A stretch of 62,828 bases of DNA, the filler included, from an uncultured Thermoplasmatales archaeon (lineage in GTDB: Archaea; Thermoplasmatota; E2; DHVEG-1): the NCBI GenBank assembly GCA_964517155.1. It is 9 parts of 9 records of this genome, joined end to end, with 100 filler letters (N's around TTAATTAATTAA, not from the genome) between each part and the next. Parts side by side here need not be neighbours in the genome. Positions count along the whole stretch, not along the records: positions 50,989 to 59,762 come from CAZFAZ010000022.1; positions 59,863 to 62,828 come from CAZFAZ010000038.1; 7 more parts are not named here. One strand, written 5' to 3'. Below, piece after piece: positions 57,364-62,828 of this stretch. A program made the translations under genes and the position numbers. Positions within the stretch are counted from its first letter, which is position 1; every line of letters begins with the position of its first letter. The notes below the pieces were generated by a model. It worked only from the letters and a program-made list of their open reading frames with translations, was not told the DNA's origin and did no database searches.

Positions 57364-58568
57364 TTCTTTTTTATCTCCTTAATTTCCTTTCTATGTTTAA
57401 TTAAGGCATTAAGTTTTGTTGAAATCGGTAGATGTTTTGCAACTTCTTTTACAAGACCATGAGTACTTATTTCATCAAATTTTACATCTTTTAATGCATT
57501 TGCAAGTTTGTTAAAGGTTTTATCATCCATTCCCAGCATTAATTCTTTTACAAGATAGTTGCGTTTTATTTTTTGACCAAAAGCTTCTTTCCAGCGGGTT
57601 TCATATTCTGATAAAAATTCTGCGCTGTAGTTTTTTGCTTTAATGGCTTTTGCAATAACCTCGCCTGCAATTTTTCCACCTTCTAAACAATGTGTAAGCC
57701 CGCCACCAGTTATTGGGTCGACATGACGAGCGGCATCGCCTATTAATATTAGATTGTCTCGTACTGTTTCAACAGGGTTTGAGACAGGTACTGCTCCTGC
57801 AAGGAAACGTATTGGTGAGCCGTTTTTCATACGTGGGTCTTTTGATATAAAATCATCAAGTAGTTTTTTTGCCATACCTGCTTCTGATAGACTTGCAAGA
57901 ATGCCTATTCCTACATTTGCAATGTTTTTACCTTTTGGAAATACCCAGATATATCCACCAGGTGCAATTTCTTTTCCAAGATAAAAATCACAATATGCAT
58001 CTGTTACATCTATATTTGTAAGGGTATATTGAGCACAAGTTTCTAGATCTTTTGAGTCAAGACGTGTTTTTATTCCAGCCCACTGGCCAATTTTTGATTC
58101 TACACCATCGGCTCCAACTATTATATCGGCCTGTATTTCAAATTCTTCATCAAATCTTTTAGCACGTACCCCTTTTATTTTATCTGCATCTTTGATAAGT
58201 CCAGTTGCTTGTGTATTCATCATAAAAGTTGCACCTGCTTTTATAGCGCTACGTGCAAGTTCTTGATCAAAAATATCGCGATAAACAACGTAACCTGTTT
58301 CGTTACCCGCTTGCTCGGCACTAAGAGTTACACAGGTTTTATCTGGTGAATAAATATGTGCGCCATCCATTTTACCTGCTATCCATCGTTTGCCTTCGAT
58401 TATTTTCCATTCATCTATTTTTCTGCTTATTCCTTCTCCGCATAGAACAGGAACGCCTACTTCTGCACGGCGCTCAAGGACAAGTACTTTTGCGCCGCCT
58501 TCTGCTGCAAAACGAGCAGTAACGCTACCTGCAGGACCTGAGCCGATTATTACTACATCGTATTTCAT
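57360..58568 (-). CDS. Digeranylgeranylglycerophospholipid (geranylgeranyl) reductase
   Basis: GSGPAG, PVLCGEG, R..FD, ADG, PGGY.WVFPK, GDAA...P.TGGG. Confidence 0.92.
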   Translation of the reverse strand: MKYDVVIIGSGPAGSVTARFAAEGGAKVLVLERRAEVGVPVLCGEGISRKIDEWKIIEGKRWIAGKMDGAHIYSPDKTCVTLSAEQAGNETGYVVYRDIFDQELARSAIKAGATFMMNTQATGLIKDADKIKGVRAKRFDEEFEIQADIIVGADGVESKIGQWAGIKTRLDSKDLETCAQYTLTNIDVTDAYCDFYLGKEIAPGGYIWVFPKGKNIANVGIGILASLSEAGMAKKLLDDFISKDPRMKNGSPIRFLAGAVPVSNPVETVRDNLILIGDAARHVDPITGGGLTHCLEGGKIAGEVIAKAIKAKNYSAEFLSEYETRWKEAFGQKIKRNYLVKELMLGMDDKTFNKLANALKDVKFDEISTHGLVKEVAKHLPISTKLNALIKHRKEIKEIKKK

Positions 58569-58753
58569 TGGGCATCACCACTTATTGCACCAACAGGGCA
58601 TGTTCGAATACAAATCGCACAGCTAATACATTTCTCAGGGTTTACTTCTGCTTTATTTCCAATCCAGGATATTGCGTCTTGCGGACAGACAGAGATACAT
58701 CCACCGCATGCTAAGCATTTTTTTTTGTCTATAGTTGCTTTAGGCTTTCCCAT
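58565..58753 (-). CDS. 2x[4Fe-4S] ferredoxin
   Basis: CLACGGCISVCP and CISCAICIRTCP. Confidence 0.95.
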   Translation of the reverse strand: MGKPKATIDKKKCLACGGCISVCPQDAISWIGNKAEVNPEKCISCAICIRTCPVGAISGDAQ

Positions 58754-59312
58754 AACTTTCACCACGTTTCAATCCAGATGCTATAAGATGAGCCACACGA
58801 ATTGGCTCTGGAATAACACCCCTTATTGTTGATATCTTTATTATTTCTTTTGCCTCATTTATCGGTAATCCAACACATTTTATAAATATAGGGTTATGAT
58901 TTGTTTGCACTCTATATAGCCTGCCTTTTTTTATAAGTTTAAATCTATCTTTTCCATCTTTAAAATTTTTTTTCAAAGCTTTTTCAATTTTTACAAAATC
59001 TGGTTTATCTCTCGTCACGGTAATTATAGGAATATTGGTATAAGAATATAGTTCGTTTATATCTACGACGTTAAAACCACCTAGTGAAACACCATCGAAA
59101 AGTACTGCTTTTAGTTGTTTTTTATGACGAGTTTTTTTGATTAAATTTTTACAAACAAACGTTGCATCAGCACCATCGACAGAGACTTGATCATGCAACA
59201 CACATTCGATGTAGCTTGAACCACGCATAACAACGCCTATGATGGAAGAATATTTATCATTAAATGTAAATGGGGAATCATCGATTCCAAGAACCCTTAT
59301 TTCTTTTTTCAT
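58740..59312 (-). CDS. DUF99 (UPF0215) endonuclease V-like protein
   Basis: RVLGIDD, VDG.DAT, GGFNVVD, PEPIRVAHLIA. Confidence 0.9.
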   Translation of the reverse strand: MKKEIRVLGIDDSPFTFNDKYSSIIGVVMRGSSYIECVLHDQVSVDGADATFVCKNLIKKTRHKKQLKAVLFDGVSLGGFNVVDINELYSYTNIPIITVTRDKPDFVKIEKALKKNFKDGKDRFKLIKKGRLYRVQTNHNPIFIKCVGLPINEAKEIIKISTIRGVIPEPIRVAHLIASGLKRGESYGKA

Positions 59313-59417
59313 AAATCATTTTTATAATCATATGTATCTTTTAAAAATATTCCATGGTTTTTTCGACAAGTATAAAAAAGATTGCACGATTTTAGGGAAA
59401 GTTCGAGGAGGAAAAAA

Positions 59418-59762
59418 ATGTTGAAGAAATATTTAATAGTTTTAGGAGCAGTTGTATGTCTAATGGGAGCAATTATAGGAATAACCGTCTCAGCCCAATC
59501 CGGGTCACTTACAGATCCAACCGGTGATGTCATGCATTATAGGGAGCAAGATGGAAGTTGGAGCTGGGGTGCAAACATTGAAAACAAACCAAATATTGAT
59601 ATCACTGAAATAAACTATGTGGTGACCGGCGATACAATTTCTTTATCGTTAACGGTAGATGGAACAATCAGTAATTCTGAATTAGTGGGCTATTATGTAT
59701 ATTTGATTACAAGTGATTCGAGTTATACTTTTTGGCATTTAGGTGATGAAGATTTTGGCATA
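59418..59762 (+). CDS. Secreted/surface protein, 5' fragment
   Basis: GAGGAGG SD, signal peptide, TDPTGDV...PNIDITEI; runs into the gap. Confidence 0.7.
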
Positions 59763-59862
59763 NNNNNNNNNNNNNNNNNNNNNNNNNNNNNNNNNNNNNN
59801 NNNNNNTTAATTAATTAANNNNNNNNNNNNNNNNNNNNNNNNNNNNNNNNNNNNNNNNNNNN
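59763..59862. other. Artificial contig linker 8
   Basis: N44-TTAATTAATTAA-N44. Confidence 0.99.
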
Positions 59863-59863
59863 T

Positions 59864-60277
59864 ACTGAATCTGGTGGTCAAGCAGGTTTTTTATATCAAG
59901 GTTCTACAGGTACAGTTATGAGTAATTTAAATGGCATAAGAGGTTTTTTTTCAAGCACTGAAATATTATCTTATGGTGTCATTGATAAAACAAAGCTAGA
60001 TGCATTAAAAGATTTAAGCGACTCTTTATCATATGAAGATATGCTTGAATTTTTAGGTCTGGATAATATTATTGAGATGAAATATGGATCAGATCTTTAT
60101 TTATCTATAAAAAACATTCAAACAAATGAAGTAATATGGTATTGCGGAACACTTGATTACAACAAAGATATAACAACAATTTACTCCCGCGGACTTACAT
60201 TAAAAACAAAAGATCCTGCTGCAGATAAAACAATTTATCTTCCAGTAATCTTTGAAATAAGAATGTCTTCTGTTTAA
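59864..60277 (+). CDS. 3' fragment of a hypothetical protein
   Basis: Frame open from the gap; G.ID..K..AL....SYE.....LGL pattern. Function unclear. Confidence 0.6.
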   Translation, partial: TESGGQAGFLYQGSTGTVMSNLNGIRGFFSSTEILSYGVIDKTKLDALKDLSDSLSYEDMLEFLGLDNIIEMKYGSDLYLSIKNIQTNEVIWYCGTLDYNKDITTIYSRGLTLKTKDPAADKTIYLPVIFEIRMSSV

Positions 60278-60420
60278 TAAATTACAATTTTTCAAAAATA
60301 GAGATTTTGCCATTGATACAAAGGCAAAAAATTAGAATGTACTAAAACAGAACCTATTTTACACATCAAATGCGATATGTTTAAATTATGGTATTTGTAT
60401 TTAACTTTGATGGGATGTGA

Positions 60421-61350
60421 ATGATTGATGCTAAGAATTTAACAAAGAGTTTTAAAATTAAAAACTCAAAGGATACTCCTAAGTATACATTTATCACTGC
60501 TGTTGACCATTTAGATTTTAACATTTCTAAAGGAGAAATATTTGGTATAGTTGGCCCCAATGGCGCTGGAAAAACAACTACTGCTAAAATTCTTTCGACA
60601 ATTATACTTCCAGATGAAGGAACAGCAACTATAGATGGTTATGATGTTGTACAAGATGCAGATATTGTTAAAGATAAAATAGGGCTTTTAGCAGGAGAAT
60701 ATGCACGATCGCTATATTGGAGAATAAGCGGTATTAGAAATCTTGAATTTTTTGCAAGATTAAGAGGTATGCGCAATGCTAAGGATAGGATAAAAGAACT
60801 TTTAGAAATGTTTGATTTAACTGATAAGCAAAATGAGCTTGTAATGAAATATTCAACAGGGATGAAACATAAACTTGCTTTTGCTGTTAGTTTGCTGCAT
60901 GATCCACAAGTACTTTTTCTTGATGAGCCATTAACTGGTATTGATCCAGTCACAACTCATGAATTAAAAAAATTGATCAAAAAAGAGTTTAGCGATAAAA
61001 CAATTATTTGGACGTCTCATAATCTTTATGAAATCGAGGAGATGTGTGATAGGATTGCTCTTATAGATAAAGGTAAAATTGTTTTACAAGGCAGTCCAGA
61101 AGCTTTAGGTAGAAGTTTTTGGGATCATATAAAAATACTTGTAACTTCTGATAATCCCGGGAAATTTTCATATTTTGATGCCGTAAATCTAAATAATAAC
61201 ACTGTTGAAATTAAAACAAGAGATGTAAATAAAACTATTTCAGAGATTTCTGATTTTTCTAGATTAAATAATATTAGAATCTTTGATATAAAAACAATAA
61301 AACCCTCTCTTGAAGAAATCTTTTTGGAAGTGATGAAGAAAAATGTTTGA
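60421..61350 (+). CDS. ABC-2-type exporter ATP-binding subunit
   Basis: GPNGAGKTT, YSTGM, LFLDEP, TSH. Confidence 0.95.
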   Translation: MIDAKNLTKSFKIKNSKDTPKYTFITAVDHLDFNISKGEIFGIVGPNGAGKTTTAKILSTIILPDEGTATIDGYDVVQDADIVKDKIGLLAGEYARSLYWRISGIRNLEFFARLRGMRNAKDRIKELLEMFDLTDKQNELVMKYSTGMKHKLAFAVSLLHDPQVLFLDEPLTGIDPVTTHELKKLIKKEFSDKTIIWTSHNLYEIEEMCDRIALIDKGKIVLQGSPEALGRSFWDHIKILVTSDNPGKFSYFDAVNLNNNTVEIKTRDVNKTISEISDFSRLNNIRIFDIKTIKPSLEEIFLEVMKKNV

Positions 61351-62158
61351 TGAACTAAGAAAAATCCCTTTTTTTGTTGCAAGAGATCTCCGAATGCTAT
61401 TTACTTATAAACTGGCTCTTTCTTCAGCTATTTTTAGCATTATTTTTAATCTATTTTACTTGGTTTTATTTGGCACTATGTTTGGTGCTTCAAGTTTATC
61501 TTCTATTTCAGATTATGGCGGTGATTTTATTTCATATATACTTGTTGGATCGGTAGGTTGGGGTTTTTTATGGAGCATTATGGATGCAACATCTACATCT
61601 TTAACAGAAGAAATGAGAGTGGGCCCACTTGAATCTGTTTTGCTTACTAGAACAAGGCTTTCTACACTCATGCTTTCTTATTCAATATATGGGTGTTTTT
61701 TTGGTTTAATAATACTTGTAATACTTACATTGGTTGGTTTTTTCTTATTTGGCATTTCAGTATTTGCTAATGCAACTATTTACACTTTGTTAATCTTTAT
61801 TTTATCAATGACAATGATGATGGGTTTTGGGATGATGTTTGGAGGGTTGACTATATGGTTAAAATACATTGGACAAACAGTTCCTTTGCTTCAAAATATT
61901 GTAATGTTATTTTGTGGCGTGTATTTTCCGATATCTGTTTTACCAGAATTTTTTCAACCCGTATCAAAAGTTATACCCTTTTATTATTCGATAGAAGGAT
62001 TGAGAAGATCACTTATTCCAGCAACTACTTTTACTGAGATTATGTATTATATTTGTATTCTTTTTGTTTTGTCAGTATTTTTTATTGTTTTGGGTTTGTT
62101 TGTATTGCGTTTGGGTTTGAATAAGGCAAGGCGAGATGGCTCTTTAGCATATTATTAA
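61343..62158 (+). CDS. ABC-2-type exporter permease
   Basis: About 6 TMs, EMRVG.LE, GVYFP...LP; overlaps the ATPase gene. Confidence 0.92.
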   Translation: MFDELRKIPFFVARDLRMLFTYKLALSSAIFSIIFNLFYLVLFGTMFGASSLSSISDYGGDFISYILVGSVGWGFLWSIMDATSTSLTEEMRVGPLESVLLTRTRLSTLMLSYSIYGCFFGLIILVILTLVGFFLFGISVFANATIYTLLIFILSMTMMMGFGMMFGGLTIWLKYIGQTVPLLQNIVMLFCGVYFPISVLPEFFQPVSKVIPFYYSIEGLRRSLIPATTFTEIMYYICILFVLSVFFIVLGLFVLRLGLNKARRDGSLAYY

Positions 62159-62333
62159 ATAAAAATTTTTATCTTTTTTTTCTCCTTATTTATCAGGTAT
62201 GGTTTTTATTTTTTCATTTTGTAATTCTGACAAGAAATGTTTATATATTATTAAATTTAAAGTATATCATAATAAAGGTTCATGTTATGAATCTTTAATG
62301 TGGAGATAAAAAATAGAAAGGAGGTAAAAAAAA

Positions 62334-62411
62334 ATGACAATATTTAACCGGCCAAGGTATATAGTTCCCTTAAGATCTGAGGATGTAACCGATAATTTGT
62401 TAAAAATTTAA
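62334..62411 (+). CDS. Putative 25-aa peptide
   Basis: Strong AAGGAGGT SD; MTIFNRPRYIVPLRSEDVTDNLLKI*. Confidence 0.4.
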   Translation: MTIFNRPRYIVPLRSEDVTDNLLKI

Positions 62412-62423
62412 TACTTTGTATTA

Positions 62424-62453
62424 GTCACGATATTTCTGTCGTGGCTTTTCTTT
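62424..62453 (+). terminator. Hairpin plus U-tract terminator
   Basis: GTCACGATA-TTTC-TGTCGTGGC forms 9 bp including two G-U pairs, followed by TTTTCTTT. Confidence 0.6.
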
Positions 62454-62727
62454 CAAGGTAAGAAAACATCTGATGGTGTTTAAGTCTAATGAAATAAATG
62501 TCCTGTGGGTTATCCTGCAAGCTAGAATTTGGAGGGTTTCTTTCAGGTTTTTATTTTAAATATTTTTTTTTAAAATTTTTTTGCATTCTACCATATCGAT
62601 TTTTTAAAAAAATGTTGCTAAAAAGATTAAATAGGTGTTATTGTTACAGACTAAAACTGTTGTCTAGAAAAAATCCAAAAGATATGGATTTTTGAGTAGA
62701 TTTAACTGTTTCAAAATAATTGCATAA

Positions 62728-62828
62728 ATGGAGTGTGTAAAAATATCTCGTCTTGAGTTACTTGATTTCAATGAAAATCCAAATGTTGGAGTATTCTGCC
62801 GTGCAAATGATAATGTAGTTTTTGTTCG
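62728..62828 (+). CDS. eif6: Translation initiation factor 6 (aIF6), 5' fragment
   Basis: MECVKISRLELLDFNENPNVGVFCRANDNVVFV fits the N-terminal aIF6 pattern F...P.IGVF...N. Confidence 0.8.
   Translation, partial: MECVKISRLELLDFNENPNVGVFCRANDNVVFV

Noticed and set aside
62498..62695. 65-aa ORF upstream of aIF6
   Set aside because: Low-complexity F/K/L sequence from homopolymer tracts, with no SD or motif.

Overview
This window is not one locus. It is nine sequence fragments joined by eight identical artificial 100-nt linkers (N44-TTAATTAATTAA-N44), so gene adjacency means nothing across a linker. The DNA is AT-rich and archaeal. Markers include rpl18e, rpl37ae, rpl40e, rpoN, rpoP, exosome Rrp42, KEOPS Pcc1/Cgi121, Hel308, aIF5A, aIF6, archaeal TpiA and geranylgeranyl reductase. 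Gene content suggests a Thermoplasmatota lineage such as MBG-D, which is an inference. Most of the window is housekeeping: translation, RNA modification, central metabolism, lipid synthesis and two tRNA-Arg genes. There is also a Wbp-type diacetamido-uronic-acid sugar cluster and an accessory stretch at about 6.7-11.7 kb. The most interesting signals are as follows. (1) A compact three-gene module of a stand-alone cytoplasmic caspase/gingipain-fold protease (GHG...SC dyad) plus two small, mutually similar proteins, at 8866-9967. (2) A 404-aa LAGLIDADG-bearing intein inserted beside the catalytic His loop of adenylosuccinate synthetase PurA. (3) At least three otherwise intact genes on different fragments that can only start at ATT or ATA. 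(4) A kinase-less sensor ending in a GRExRxxELK helix, translationally coupled to a histidine kinase with an AxxxMLEDL helix. (5) Several zinc-finger micro-proteins below the ORF cutoff. (6) Repeated dyads upstream of both AAA-DUF4143 ATPases. (7) A probable IS end truncating a secreted beta-helix gene. All family calls come from motif recognition by eye; no searches were run.
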